In this document: piece by piece, positions 37,907-47,876 of the stretch
How the letters are laid out: each line of letters opens with the position of its first letter
How positions within the stretch are numbered: position 1 is the stretch's first letter
DNA from: an uncultured Candidatus Saccharibacteria bacterium
GTDB taxonomy: Bacteria; Patescibacteriota; Doudnabacteria; UBA920
DNA: 64,000 nt
Assembly: GCA_964473815.1 (NCBI GenBank)
Contig: CAYYQK010000001.1
Span: 881-64,880 of the forward strand
Direction of reading: 5' to 3'
Program-made: the position numbers and the translations under genes
The notes under the pieces: generated by a model
What the model saw: the letters and a program-made list of their open reading frames with translations, nothing else
Database searches by the model: none
What the model was told of the DNA's origin: nothing

Positions 37907-39085
37907 TTATTCTGAATATTGAGGAGTGTTCGGTTCAGTGATGAACGTTCCGGTTGCTTGTGGTGGATTGCTGCTAACTGAGTCGGTTGGTGCTTGATCA
38001 ATATCAGGAACTACTGTTTTAACAATCGGTTTTGGTGTTGTAGTAGCAGCAGTATTAGTGTTCGAGTTAGTATTGGTGTCAGTAGCACCTTTGACAATAC
38101 CCGTATCAGCTGGTAACAACAAGATTTGCTTAGCAACTAAAGTACCTTGTTGGTTACGAACGCCTGTTATAGTAATGCGTCCGGACAGAGTCTTCGGCGC
38201 GGTAGTTAATTGGCCATTGATGTCTGTAATAACTGTCTTGTCATCAATGTTGAATAAATTCTTTTCTACAATAACCTGATTATTATAAGAGCTGGTTACG
38301 TTGCCTGTAACAGAAATTTTGTTAGGCATGTCAGCCATGGTTTGATCATTAACTGTGGCGATGATTTTCGCTAAAGCCTGATCACTTTTCTTGGTATCTT
38401 CGAGTGCAGCAGAGGCAACGGTTTTAGTAGTGTCGTCATCTTCCGTTTTTTGAACGCTTTCCAAAACATCTTTTTGTTGTTTGTTCACAGCTACCAGAGT
38501 GTCGAGAAGAGTTGAGTCTTGTTTGGAGATGGCGTTAGCAGTTGCTAAAGGACCTGCTTCAGCAAAAGTTTTTGCAGTTTGCGATTGTAATTCAGCAATA
38601 GCAGCAGTTTCGGCCGTGTCATTGCCACTTTCAGCAGCTTGCTTAACTTCGTTAATACGGTTTTGTAAAAGTTCAACGTGAATTACTGCTAATTTTTCCG
38701 GGTTGCGAGTCAGGGTTAGGCGAGCGTTTTCACCGGCGCGTTTTAAAGTATATAAAGTATCGCCTGGTAAACTTGCTTGGGTAGCGTTTACAATTTTATT
38801 GCCACCAAGCAAAACCAAAAGCATTGCCAAAGGGATTGCTGCTACTCGAGAGTAGCGGAACGCACTCCAGAACCAACTCTGCGCAACAATCTTTTCAGCG
38901 TACAAACGGCGTTTGTAAGGGCGGGGCACTTCGAGTTTTGGAATATTCAAACCCATTTCGGACACATTTAATAAACTAACCAGATCTTCTTTGTATTCTG
39001 GATAGTCACTCACGATTGCATTCACAGATTCGCCGTCCAAAAGGCGGGTGAGTGCGATGTCAAAAATGTGGTCAGGAGTTTTCAT
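37907..39085 (-). CDS. anti-sigma factor (cytoplasmic N-domain, single TM, extracytoplasmic domain), cognate to the upstream ECF sigma
   Basis: 14-nt overlap with the sigma gene. TM at aa ~75-95. Confidence 0.55.
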   Translation of the reverse strand: MKTPDHIFDIALTRLLDGESVNAIVSDYPEYKEDLVSLLNVSEMGLNIPKLEVPRPYKRRLYAEKIVAQSWFWSAFRYSRVAAIPLAMLLVLLGGNKIVNATQASLPGDTLYTLKRAGENARLTLTRNPEKLAVIHVELLQNRINEVKQAAESGNDTAETAAIAELQSQTAKTFAEAGPLATANAISKQDSTLLDTLVAVNKQQKDVLESVQKTEDDDTTKTVASAALEDTKKSDQALAKIIATVNDQTMADMPNKISVTGNVTSSYNNQVIVEKNLFNIDDKTVITDINGQLTTAPKTLSGRITITGVRNQQGTLVAKQILLLPADTGIVKGATDTNTNSNTNTAATTTPKPIVKTVVPDIDQAPTDSVSSNPPQATGTFITEPNTPQYSE

Positions 39086-39656
39086 TATTGTCTTCGATTG
39101 CGTCGATAAGTTCTTTAAGTTTAGCGATTGCTCGGTGCTGGATAACGCGAATTGATCCTTCGCTTTTATTTAGTAGCTGAGCAATGGCAGTGTTATCTAT
39201 ATCTTCTAAAAATTTTAATTTGATAACTTGCTGTTGTTCGGGTGACAGCTCTTTGAGTAATTTGATGAATACGGTTTGCTGAGTTTGCAGGTTTACGAGA
39301 TCAACTATGTTGGTTTCGTATTCCAAAGTGTTCTCAATTTCTTCGAGTGGGACCACAGCACGCTTGCTGCGGTAGTAGTCGATCACCTGATTGCGTGCGA
39401 TCTGGAACAGCCAACCTTCAAAAGCAGCGGATTGTTCAAGATTTCGCAAATTGCGAAACAGTTTTACAAACACATCCTCGGTTAAGTCTTCAGCGGTTTC
39501 TTTGTGACTGACGCGGTAATAGATGAATTTGTAAATTCTTTCGAAATAATGATTATACAAATCCGCTAAAGCCGCTTCAGAACCAGCCTGGGCCTTGGTC
39601 AGAGTTTCCTCAAACCCGGGGAACGGTATTCGGTTGGAATGAGCGGTATCAGTCAT
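39072..39656 (-). CDS. RNA polymerase sigma factor, ECF subfamily
   Basis: Region 2 (FVKLFRNL..WLFQIARNQVIDYYR) and region 4 (LSPEQQQVIKLKFLEDIDNTAIAQLLNKSEGSIRVIQHRAIAKL). Confidence 0.85.
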   Translation of the reverse strand: MTDTAHSNRIPFPGFEETLTKAQAGSEAALADLYNHYFERIYKFIYYRVSHKETAEDLTEDVFVKLFRNLRNLEQSAAFEGWLFQIARNQVIDYYRSKRAVVPLEEIENTLEYETNIVDLVNLQTQQTVFIKLLKELSPEQQQVIKLKFLEDIDNTAIAQLLNKSEGSIRVIQHRAIAKLKELIDAIEDNNENS

Positions 39657-39659
39657 ATA

Positions 39660-39685
39660 GACGGGGAATTTTTGGTTTTGTTACA
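39660..39685 (-). promoter_or_regulatory. ECF-type promoter (-35 GTAAC, 16-nt spacer, -10 CGTCT) ending 4 nt upstream of the sigma ATG; predicted autoregulated, leaderless
   Basis: Minus-strand read cactGTAAC-aaaaccaaaaattccc-CGTCTatATG matches the GAAC-N16-CGTC architecture. Confidence 0.45.
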
Positions 39686-39767
39686 GTGAATTTTAGAAAA
39701 AATTGCAAGAGAAAATTAAGACCAGAAAGCGCTAGCTTCCTTGATTTTCGACTATATTGTAGCACAC

Positions 39768-40502
39768 CTAATTAACGATTTGTGGTGCCTGAGTGATAAG
39801 GCGAACAACACACAGTGGAGTCTGTTCGGTTGACTGTCCAAGTGGATTGTCTCGAAAGAGGGCGCTGCAAAATTCATCTGTGAGTTTTGCATCAGACTTT
39901 CCCAAAATTGTGACGCCAAGGTCATTGGCATCGATTATCACGGTATCGTAACCAATAGCGGCTTTAATATTTTTTGCAACTTCATGCGGTTTAGCCGGGC
40001 CAAGTTTGGCATATTCATTGTAAGGTGGCAGAGTGTAATCGCAGGGCCCATCAATGGCATTAATATAATTGCCGACAACTTTATAGAACACACCGCGAAT
40101 GCCTAGTGGTTTTGTAACTGCTGAGGCGGCTGCAGCCAGTAACATGCGTGATGCACCGGCTTCTCTAATTGCTAATTCCATAGTCCAAGGGCTACCAAGG
40201 CCAATACCGTAAGGAGACTTGTGTACAAACTTTACTAAAATTTTTGCGAGCAGAGATGGCTTGATGTCTTTGATTGGAAACGCGCGACCCTGGCTAATAG
40301 CCACGACACGTTCACTAATGAAAAGCATGTCACCTTTTTGCATATGTGGTACAGCATATTTTTTGCAAACTTCAATAATGTCATCATCTTTGGTGACCAC
40401 GTGAGTTTTGATTGGGTAGCGGGCGTAAATCTGGTTATATACGCCAATGTTTATATTTTTACTGAGATTTGGCGGTAAGCCGTCTGGGATTTTTTCAATC
40501 AT
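39768..40502 (-). CDS. CofE-like (F420-0:gamma-glutamyl ligase family) protein; start re-set to avoid tRNA-Ser overlap
   Basis: Conserved blocks resemble CofE (GDMLFISERVVAISQGRAF; NAIDGPCDYTLPP; GYDTVIIDANDLG). Homology judged from memory of the family. Confidence 0.5.
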   Translation of the reverse strand: MIEKIPDGLPPNLSKNINIGVYNQIYARYPIKTHVVTKDDDIIEVCKKYAVPHMQKGDMLFISERVVAISQGRAFPIKDIKPSLLAKILVKFVHKSPYGIGLGSPWTMELAIREAGASRMLLAAAASAVTKPLGIRGVFYKVVGNYINAIDGPCDYTLPPYNEYAKLGPAKPHEVAKNIKAAIGYDTVIIDANDLGVTILGKSDAKLTDEFCSALFRDNPLGQSTEQTPLCVVRLITQAPQIVN

Positions 40503-40572
40503 ATTATCTATATTATAGCATTTTGACTGGTAACAAAAAAATCGGCTCGCGCCGAATCTGGTTGGGGTTCCC

Positions 40573-40666
<94 letters not shown>

Positions 40667-40711
40667 AAATGAGTGATATTTAGTTATAACTCATGTATTC
40701 TAGCGAATTTC

Positions 40712-41452
40712 TTAGTCTTTGGCAATGCTGATGCACCACACGGTTTGTACACCAACTTGTTTGAGTGCTCGTGATGCGGCTAAGAAGGTTTGGCCAGTGG
40801 TTGAGACATCGTCTATTAATAGAACTTTTTTTGGGATTTCGAAATGCCGCCCAAAGTTATTTACGACAAATGCATTGGTGAGGTTTGTTTGGCGTGTTTT
40901 GGCGTCGAGATCTTTTTGGGTTTTAGTGTTTTTGGTGCGTTTAAGCAGTGGAACGTACGAAAGTTGCAAACCTTGGGCTATTACTTTGGCTGCAACTTCC
41001 GATTGATTAAAGCCGCGCCATCTTTGTCGTCGTGCGTGGAGCGGAATTGCGCATACGGCAAAATCCCGCAGTTCGGCAAAATGTTGTGGTTGCGATTGCT
41101 GTCGGTAAAGAGCTTCAAAGAAGAGGTGATCGACTGTGAGTGCGCCTAAAACTGCGAAAACTTCTTGCACAAAAAAATATTTGCCGGTGATGATCATGTC
41201 TGCTACCACTCGGTTTTGATAGGGAAACGCGCTGAGTAGTCGCTCGGGGGTGTATGGGTTTGCGCAGGGTGGGTGAGTGTATCCGCCCGGGCTCGGCGCG
41301 TTGCATCCCACGCAGAAGTAGCGCGCGACACTACTAATTTGGGTCATGCAAAATTTACAAAGATAGCTGCCTGGCCTTTGGCAGCCAAAACAGTACTTCG
41401 GATAGAAGACGTCAGCTAAAATATTTAAACCAAATGATAGTAAGCCAGGCAT
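40712..41452 (-). CDS. comF: ComF-family phosphoribosyltransferase (competence protein ComFC-like)
   Basis: N-terminal Cys4 zinc finger (CFGC..CKFC..CVGC). PRTase motif LLIDDVSTTGQT. Confidence 0.75.
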   Translation of the reverse strand: MPGLLSFGLNILADVFYPKYCFGCQRPGSYLCKFCMTQISSVARYFCVGCNAPSPGGYTHPPCANPYTPERLLSAFPYQNRVVADMIITGKYFFVQEVFAVLGALTVDHLFFEALYRQQSQPQHFAELRDFAVCAIPLHARRQRWRGFNQSEVAAKVIAQGLQLSYVPLLKRTKNTKTQKDLDAKTRQTNLTNAFVVNNFGRHFEIPKKVLLIDDVSTTGQTFLAASRALKQVGVQTVWCISIAKD

Positions 41453-41619
41453 GTTTTAAGCGTAACAAAGTCATCCTCAATTCTACGTAAAGTTTTTCTA
41501 AAGTTTGGGTAAACTTTCTCTAAAGTTTTTCTGAATTTTTTATGATCAAGTCCTTGACATAACTACAACTTTACTGTATATTGCGGGGGATCATAAAGAT
41601 CAAAAAGGGGGATAAACAG

Positions 41620-42024
41620 ATGAACACGAACACTAATTCTCACGGGCTAACTACGTTCGAAATGGTTTCGCCCAAGGAATTGGTGGACCAGAGAGCGTAT
41701 TATGCCCAATTGCAAATATTGCGCAAATGGTGCCAATCCCACATTGGCACGCATGTGCATCTTGTAACTCAGCAAGTTGACGACCTTTGTATTCCCGATG
41801 GCAAAAGGATCCACGGGAAAATATCCGACGTCGATATTCTGGGAGACGGGAAAGAGCTCCTGGTTCTGGAGAATGTCATCATTTGCAATGAAGGAATAAG
41901 CCCGCGGAAACGAATGCGGTCAAAGCCCGATTTGCGGTGCATCCAACGGTTGGAGTTCAACCCCAATTGGTGCGAACCAGGAAAAGATCCGGTTCGCGGT
42001 CAAACCCGCTGCGGTTGCGACTAA
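41620..42024 (+). CDS. hypothetical protein
   Basis: GGGGG RBS 8 nt upstream of ATG 41620. The listed ORF begins earlier, at 41581. Confidence 0.4.
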   Translation: MNTNTNSHGLTTFEMVSPKELVDQRAYYAQLQILRKWCQSHIGTHVHLVTQQVDDLCIPDGKRIHGKISDVDILGDGKELLVLENVIICNEGISPRKRMRSKPDLRCIQRLEFNPNWCEPGKDPVRGQTRCGCD

Positions 42025-42098
42025 ATTAACACTTTCGAAAGAAGGCCAACGAATGAAAATTCGAAGGCCTCTTTATTTTGCTTATTTAATCTTTTCTT

Positions 42099-44666
42099 TT
42101 ACGCTGGTACAGGGACTGGCGCGTTATGCACTGAGAATGTGACAGTGTCATTTTTTACATCAGCCGTAATTGTACTTCCTGAAGAAATATTTTGGGAGAT
42201 TAATTTTTCTGCTAAAGGATCACTAACCAGATCCTGTATGTTTTTACGAATGTAACGTGCGCCTTGCAAGGGGTCAAAGCTTTTTTCGGAAATAAATTTC
42301 ACTAAGGCAGGGGTAACTTTTAGCGAAACATTTTGCATGCTTAAGCGTTTTTGAACATCACCAAACTGAATTGTGGTGATGCGGCGCAATTGCTGCATAC
42401 CAAGCGGGCGGAAAATTAACACTTTGTCGATACGGTTTAAAAACTCCGGACGCAAGTCGTGTTTTAACTTTTCCATCAAACCGGTTTTGATGCGATCGTA
42501 TTCTTTCTCTAATACTAGCTTTTGATCTTCTAACTCTTCACGATCAGCAAAACCAATTTTCTTAGCAGCAGCATTTAATTCTTGCATACCTAAGTTCGAA
42601 GTCATAATGATGACAGTGTTGGCAAAGTTAACGCGTTTACCTTGAGCATCAGTTAACTGACCATCTTCTAAAATTTGCAGCAAAATGTTAAACACATCTG
42701 GGTTAGCTTTTTCGATTTCGTCGAACAGAACCACAGAGTAGGGTTTACGGCGAACTGCTTCCGTTAAACGGCCGCCTTCTTCATAACCAACATACCCAGC
42801 TGGGGCGCCAACTAAACGCGAAACATTGTGGCGTTCCATAAATTCAGACATGTCGATGCGAATGAGGGCGTCGGCATCTTCGAAAACTTCTTGAGCAATC
42901 ATTTTTGCAGTTTCGGTTTTTCCAACCCCAGTTGGACCAAGGAACATAAATGAGCCAATTGGCCGTTGAGGATCAGCCAGACCAGCGCGAGAACGGCGAA
43001 TAGTTTTGGCAATTTCGTTTACAGCTTCGTCTTGGCCAACAATGCGAGTCTTCAAAGTTTTTTCTAAGTTAGAAAGTTTGCCGATTTCGGTTTGCGCCAA
43101 TTTCTTTAGAGGAATTTTGGTCATCAACGAAACTGTTGCAGCAATATCTTCTGCTCCAATGGAATAAACTGGTTCTGTTTCGCTCTTTTCCTGGCTTTCC
43201 AGTGCGCGTTTTTGAGCCATCAATTTTTCTTCCTGGGTGCGTAAATGCAAAGCAGTGGTAAAGTCTTGTGACAAAACTGCTTTTGTTTTTTCTTCTTCCA
43301 AAGCTTCGAGCTCGTTTTCTACTTTCTTACGATTCTTGGCAGTTTTGGAATTACTGTGAATGCTGCGTAATGTTGCGGCCGTTTCATCAATTAAGTCTAC
43401 GGCCTTATCTGGCAAGAAGTGATCCTGAATGTAGCGGTCGGAAAGTTCAACAGCGGCGTTAATGGCTTCATCTGTAATAGTTACGCGGTGATGCTTTTCG
43501 TAATTTGGGCGCAAGCCCTTTAGAATCGCAATCGATTCTTCTTTGCTTGGTTCCTCTACTAATATAGATTGGAAGCGACGTTCCAAAGCAGCATCGTGTT
43601 CGATATATTTTTTGTATTCGTTCAGAGTAGTTGCACCAATAGTGCGGAGCTCGCCGCGGGCGAGTGCTGGTTTCAAAATGTTGGCTGCGTCCAAACTACC
43701 AGTTGAAGCACCAGCACCAACCATAGTGTGAAGCTCATCTATAAATAGAATAACTTCTGGGTCAGCTTTTACTTCGTCGATAATTTGTTTTAAGCGATTT
43801 TCAAATTCACCACGGAACATTGAACCGGCCACAACAAGGGCTAAATCCAAAGACAGAATTTTTTTGTCGAGTAAAATGTCGGGCACTTCGCGATTGGCAA
43901 TTGCCAAGGCCAGGCCTTCAACGATAGCGGTTTTACCGACACCGGCTTCACCAATTAACACAGGATTATTTTTGGTGCGGCGACCAAGAATAGAAACCAA
44001 ACGATCGATTTCTTTTTTGCGCCCAATGACTGGATCGATTGAACCAGTCGCAGCTTTTTTAGTTAAGTCAGTTGTGTAATATTCGAGGATGCTGCCTTTG
44101 CGGTTGTCAGCGCCCATTGGCATGCCGCCATGCTGATGCGATTGTTCACCTGGTGTGCCGCCCTGCATTCCGGCCGGATCTTGTCCTGGCATTTCTGGAA
44201 ACTTAGAAATGTTTTCAAACACTGCGATAAGATTGTGTTCGAGCTCGCCGATGTCGATGCCAAGCTTAGATAAAATAACCTTAGCGCGATTAGCGTGCGT
44301 ACCCTGTGTTGTTAACAAACCATACAAAAAATGTTCAGTTCCAATAAACTGATAACCGTATTGACTTGCTACAATAGCGCTCCGTTCAATTGCTTGTTTT
44401 AAATTTTCGGAAAGCACTGGCTTCCAATTGGAAGTCTCGTGATTTTTGTTCACCAAAATTAATTCCGCCTTCACAATGTCAGGCGCAATTTTAGCTTTGA
44501 TTAAAATTTCAGCAGCGAAGGAGCTTTTTTCAGCCACAATTCCGTAGAGTAGGTGTTCAGTACCAATATGGTCGTGTTGAAGTTCTTCGGAAGCCATTTG
44601 TGCTGCAATCAACGCATTTTTAGCGCGGGATGACAGGCGTTCTAATATAAATGAGAAATTATCCAT
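42099..44666 (-). CDS. clpC: Clp/Hsp100 AAA+ chaperone, ClpC-like (two Clp_N repeats, two NBDs, short M-domain)
   Basis: Walker A GEAGVGKT (NBD1) and GPTGVGKT (NBD2). Sensor/arginine-finger regions. Gly/Gln-rich linker after the N-domain. Confidence 0.85.
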   Translation of the reverse strand: MDNFSFILERLSSRAKNALIAAQMASEELQHDHIGTEHLLYGIVAEKSSFAAEILIKAKIAPDIVKAELILVNKNHETSNWKPVLSENLKQAIERSAIVASQYGYQFIGTEHFLYGLLTTQGTHANRAKVILSKLGIDIGELEHNLIAVFENISKFPEMPGQDPAGMQGGTPGEQSHQHGGMPMGADNRKGSILEYYTTDLTKKAATGSIDPVIGRKKEIDRLVSILGRRTKNNPVLIGEAGVGKTAIVEGLALAIANREVPDILLDKKILSLDLALVVAGSMFRGEFENRLKQIIDEVKADPEVILFIDELHTMVGAGASTGSLDAANILKPALARGELRTIGATTLNEYKKYIEHDAALERRFQSILVEEPSKEESIAILKGLRPNYEKHHRVTITDEAINAAVELSDRYIQDHFLPDKAVDLIDETAATLRSIHSNSKTAKNRKKVENELEALEEEKTKAVLSQDFTTALHLRTQEEKLMAQKRALESQEKSETEPVYSIGAEDIAATVSLMTKIPLKKLAQTEIGKLSNLEKTLKTRIVGQDEAVNEIAKTIRRSRAGLADPQRPIGSFMFLGPTGVGKTETAKMIAQEVFEDADALIRIDMSEFMERHNVSRLVGAPAGYVGYEEGGRLTEAVRRKPYSVVLFDEIEKANPDVFNILLQILEDGQLTDAQGKRVNFANTVIIMTSNLGMQELNAAAKKIGFADREELEDQKLVLEKEYDRIKTGLMEKLKHDLRPEFLNRIDKVLIFRPLGMQQLRRITTIQFGDVQKRLSMQNVSLKVTPALVKFISEKSFDPLQGARYIRKNIQDLVSDPLAEKLISQNISSGSTITADVKNDTVTFSVHNAPVPVPA

Positions 44667-44714
44667 AAAAATTAAGGGTTTTTGTAAAAAATTTAGTAAG
44701 ATTTTAGATTTTCT

Positions 44715-44741
44715 TTAGCACTCTCTGTCCGAGACTGCTAA
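44715..44741. promoter_or_regulatory. CIRCE-like inverted repeat (candidate HrcA operator) ~75 nt upstream of clpC
   Basis: TTAGCACTC-N9-GACTGCTAA versus the CIRCE consensus TTAGCACTC-N9-GAGTGCTAA (2 mismatches in the right arm). Confidence 0.5.
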
Positions 44742-44886
44742 TTTATTTATACCTTGAACGTAGTGTTGTGTCAAGGCATGAATTCTGAAATTCAGGAAAA
44801 CTTTATCTATATTTTCACTATATAGTTAGCATATCACGGTATAATGAATTTAAGAGATTAAACAGTGCATAACTATCACAAAAATA

Positions 44887-45372
44887 ATGTTTAAGAAAGC
44901 CAAACCGCTTAAAAATCCTGAAGATGTTGATCATGGTTATAACTATGCGCTATTTTTGCTTAATTTAAGTATGCGAACTGAGGGTGAAATTCGTGAAAAA
45001 ATGAAAGCCCGCGGTTATATACCTAAAGTTATAGACGAAGTAATTGCTAAGTTGCATCAAGATAAATATGTGAATGATGAGTACTACGCAGAAATGTTTT
45101 TGGAAAATATGAAACGGTTTAAATATTATGGTCGATTTACCGTCCGGCGGAAGATGTCAGAAAATAAATTACCCAAAGAAATTATTGAGTCTTCATTGCA
45201 GGAATTTTTTACCGCTGAGGACGAGCGCGAAATTGCCAAGCATTACATTGAAAAACAATTTGGTGAATTAAAAACTGTGCGTAAGTTTGATTACGAGGAT
45301 AAACAGAAAGTTATGCGAAAAGTTTTGAGTCGGGGGTTTGGAATGGATGTAGCGCAGTCGCTTCTAAATTAA
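44887..45372 (+). CDS. recX: regulatory protein RecX (probable)
   Basis: Three-repeat helical pattern with conserved aromatic/basic positions typical of RecX. 161 aa. Confidence 0.55.
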   Translation: MFKKAKPLKNPEDVDHGYNYALFLLNLSMRTEGEIREKMKARGYIPKVIDEVIAKLHQDKYVNDEYYAEMFLENMKRFKYYGRFTVRRKMSENKLPKEIIESSLQEFFTAEDEREIAKHYIEKQFGELKTVRKFDYEDKQKVMRKVLSRGFGMDVAQSLLN

Positions 45373-45390
45373 TAACAAATTAACTTAAAA

Positions 45391-45417
45391 TTAAAACGCG
45401 GGTACCCGCGTTTTAAT
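45391..45417. terminator. bidirectional rho-independent terminator
   Basis: aaaacgcgggtacccgcgtttt perfect palindrome between convergent recX and lemA. Confidence 0.6.
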
Positions 45418-45433
45418 TATTTCATTTTCCGGT

Positions 45434-45982
45434 TTAGAATTTTACTTCTACGTTCTGACTTTCTGGGCCGTTGTCATCTATATCGAAGAATGCCCGCTTT
45501 GTAAATCCTAGCATCGATGCAAACAGATTTGTTGGAAAGACTTGAATTTTGGTGTTGAAGTCGCGAACATTGCCGTTGTAGAAACGACGAGCGGCTTGGA
45601 TTTTGTCTTCCGTGTCACGCAGATCATTTTGTAATTGCAAGAAGTTGGTGTTGCTCTTCAGGTCAGGATAATTTTCGGCAACAGCAAACAAAGTTTTCAA
45701 AGTGCCCGACAAAGCGTTTTCATCCTTACTGCGTTCAGCTGGGTTTGTTGCTCCCATTGCCTGAGTACGAGCTTCGGTAACTTTTTGTAAAACACCTGAT
45801 TCCTGAGCAGCGAAACCTTTCACAGTGTTAACTAGATTTGGAATTAAATCGTAACGACGCTTAAGTTGTACTTCAATATCTGCCCAAGATTCATCAACAT
45901 TATTACGAGAACGAATCAGTGAGTTATAGATAAACGCAATAATTGCGATGATCGCTACAATAATTATAAGAAAAATCCACAT
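45434..45982 (-). CDS. lemA: LemA family protein
   Basis: N-terminal TM plus conserved LemA core (SWADIEVQLKRRYDLIPNLV..NY). Confidence 0.8.
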   Translation of the reverse strand: MWIFLIIIVAIIAIIAFIYNSLIRSRNNVDESWADIEVQLKRRYDLIPNLVNTVKGFAAQESGVLQKVTEARTQAMGATNPAERSKDENALSGTLKTLFAVAENYPDLKSNTNFLQLQNDLRDTEDKIQAARRFYNGNVRDFNTKIQVFPTNLFASMLGFTKRAFFDIDDNGPESQNVEVKF

Positions 45983-46210
45983 GTTTTTGAGTTTAATTGT
46001 TAAATTAATGCTTACAAGTGCAGTATATCAAAAGATTGGGGCTGTGGATAGATTGATTGACAGGTAATATATAGAGGGATATAATTTCTCCATATGCAAA
46101 AAAGTTGGCATCAAATTTCCTGCACATACATTAAGGCGACCAAGATTGCCTTTTTGCCGTTGCGCGGGTTTGGCGGTGTCAGTAAGAGAGCATAAGTTCT
46201 AAAAAGAATT

Positions 46211-46250
46211 TAGCTCGCTACTAGGCACAAGCCAGTAGCGAGTTTTATTT
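46211..46250 (+). terminator. rho-independent terminator of an unannotated short plus-strand transcript (candidate sRNA/leader, ~46080-46250)
   Basis: gctcgctact-aggcacaagcc-agtagcgag hairpin followed by TTTTATTTT. No CDS ends here on either strand. Confidence 0.45.
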
Positions 46251-46275
46251 TGCATCAGAAATCGAGAGGAGGAAA

Positions 46276-46500
46276 ATGGATCCGAAGAATCATTCAGATA
46301 AAGCACGGGGAAGAGTCGGGCATGTCTGCGAAACAGACGAAACCCAAAATGTATTAAGGTTGATCGATCACATAGAAGGAGAAAAAACCAGCCATGAGCA
46401 GTTCAGTAGCAGCACCTCTAACAATTCCACCACAACTCATAACCACCCATGCCGCCGATCGAGATTATTGTACGAGATGCGGTCAGCAGGAAGTTTCTAA
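46276..46500 (+). CDS. small ORF (74 aa), S/T-rich C-terminus; candidate precursor peptide
   Basis: Strong RBS GAGGAGG 6 nt upstream of ATG. Overlaps the next small ORF in another frame. Confidence 0.3.
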   Translation: MDPKNHSDKARGRVGHVCETDETQNVLRLIDHIEGEKTSHEQFSSSTSNNSTTTHNHPCRRSRLLYEMRSAGSF

Positions 46501-46624
46501 GCTTACCGAATGCATCCCGTTCATTTGGAACATCGAACAAAAAGAAGCTTCAACAGACAACAGTGAGCCCGTAACTTTTGGAAAGATTCCCAATCCATTC
46601 GAGCAGGGTCCGGCAATTGCCTAA
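46394..46624 (+). CDS. small ORF (76 aa) with CxxC..C; candidate precursor peptide or frameshifted continuation of the previous ORF
   Basis: AAGGAG 12 nt upstream. More protein-like composition than the overlapping frame. Confidence 0.3.
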   Translation: MSSSVAAPLTIPPQLITTHAADRDYCTRCGQQEVSKLTECIPFIWNIEQKEASTDNSEPVTFGKIPNPFEQGPAIA

Positions 46625-46810
46625 CCGCTCAAACATTTTGAGTGAAAGCGTGTGCTTAAGAACCGCACGCTTTCCAACTTTATTAATTTTATAATTCATA
46701 TATGAACATACAAAGCAGCGCACTTACTTATTTTTGGTTTTACTGTCATACCTCCTTTTCGAAAGGGTAGGCATGTTTGCTATGAGTAAGTTTTTTTCGT
46801 AGCCGTCATC

Positions 46811-46838
46811 CCCACCTTTTCGAAGGTGGTTTTATTTT
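46811..46838 (+). terminator. rho-independent terminator/attenuator between small ORFs and the ATP-grasp-like gene
   Basis: ccacctt-ttcg-aaggtgg hairpin followed by TTTTATTTT. A similar weaker hairpin (cctccttttcgaaaggg) lies 60 nt upstream. Confidence 0.55.
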
Positions 46839-46863
46839 AAATTTCGAAGGAGGATCGGGGATA

Positions 46864-47874
46864 ATGTTAGAAGATAATATTCGTAGGCAGTTTGGACCAT
46901 GGTCAGTTCTGTGTAGTAATCACAGGTTGTCCATGACAGAGTTGGAAATAACAGACTTATTGGCGTTTGCAAAACGTTGGCAAGTGGACGGCCAGATGGC
47001 ATTCAGCGAACAGTGCCCGACCTATGTGCAAAATAATTTTGGTATGGCCTCAATTATTCTGCGCTTTGATTACATCATGCAAAACGATCGCGTTCGCGTG
47101 TATGAAATAGAAGAGCGGCCAGCTCTGGCTATTGGGATGTGGGCAAATCCAGATGTTAAATTTGGTTTGCTAAACACTTTTGCCGACCTGTCGGAATATT
47201 CCGGCCGGCCAGTGAAGGTGTTGGTGTCTACTGGTCGAAAAGACAACACTGATGATTGGATGTTGCAAGACATTAGCAAGCAGTCTTTGTTTGCAGAATT
47301 GCATCCCACAGTACCGTGTTCGTGCAATAACGCACTCTATTACGTTCGCTCTCATCGAACTGAAGACTATGTATGGCCAATTGCAGATCGATCGATTACG
47401 ACAATTCGTTCCGAAGGCTCGAAATCGTATGGTCAGGATCTGGGTTTGTGGTCGTATGTATCGAGCGTGGCAGAGTTAGATTTTGACAATCGGTTTGTTT
47501 TGAAGCCGTTGGCTGGATCACGTTCGGAAGAAGTTGTGTTTTGGTCACCGGAAAAAGACCTGCGGGGCCGTTCAACTCGGTCAAAAATAGAAGCCTTTTT
47601 TGAGAGAAATCCAATGGGCGGCTATTTGCAAGAAATGATCATGCCAGAGTCGCACGATTTTCTCGCCGAGAATTATCGGCTTCTGCGCCGCAGCTATGTA
47701 ACTTACTCACCGCTCAGGCTTGAGTGGCAGGTAATTGGAGGGCTTTGGTTGGCCACGAATAATATCAAAATTCACGGCACCCCTGAAGCAATAACTGGTG
47801 TAATTGTTAACTCCGATTACACGCAAGACGGGCAGGCAAAATCTGCCCCTCCCTTTTTAAAATTAATTTTATAA
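46864..47874 (+). CDS. ATP-grasp-like domain protein (uncertain), hypothetical
   Basis: AGGAGG RBS. C-terminal segment FVLKPLAGSRSEEVVFW..YLQEMIMPE resembles the ATP-grasp nucleotide-binding core. No firm family assignment. Confidence 0.4.
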   Translation: MLEDNIRRQFGPWSVLCSNHRLSMTELEITDLLAFAKRWQVDGQMAFSEQCPTYVQNNFGMASIILRFDYIMQNDRVRVYEIEERPALAIGMWANPDVKFGLLNTFADLSEYSGRPVKVLVSTGRKDNTDDWMLQDISKQSLFAELHPTVPCSCNNALYYVRSHRTEDYVWPIADRSITTIRSEGSKSYGQDLGLWSYVSSVAELDFDNRFVLKPLAGSRSEEVVFWSPEKDLRGRSTRSKIEAFFERNPMGGYLQEMIMPESHDFLAENYRLLRRSYVTYSPLRLEWQVIGGLWLATNNIKIHGTPEAITGVIVNSDYTQDGQAKSAPPFLKLIL

Positions 47875-47876
47875 AA

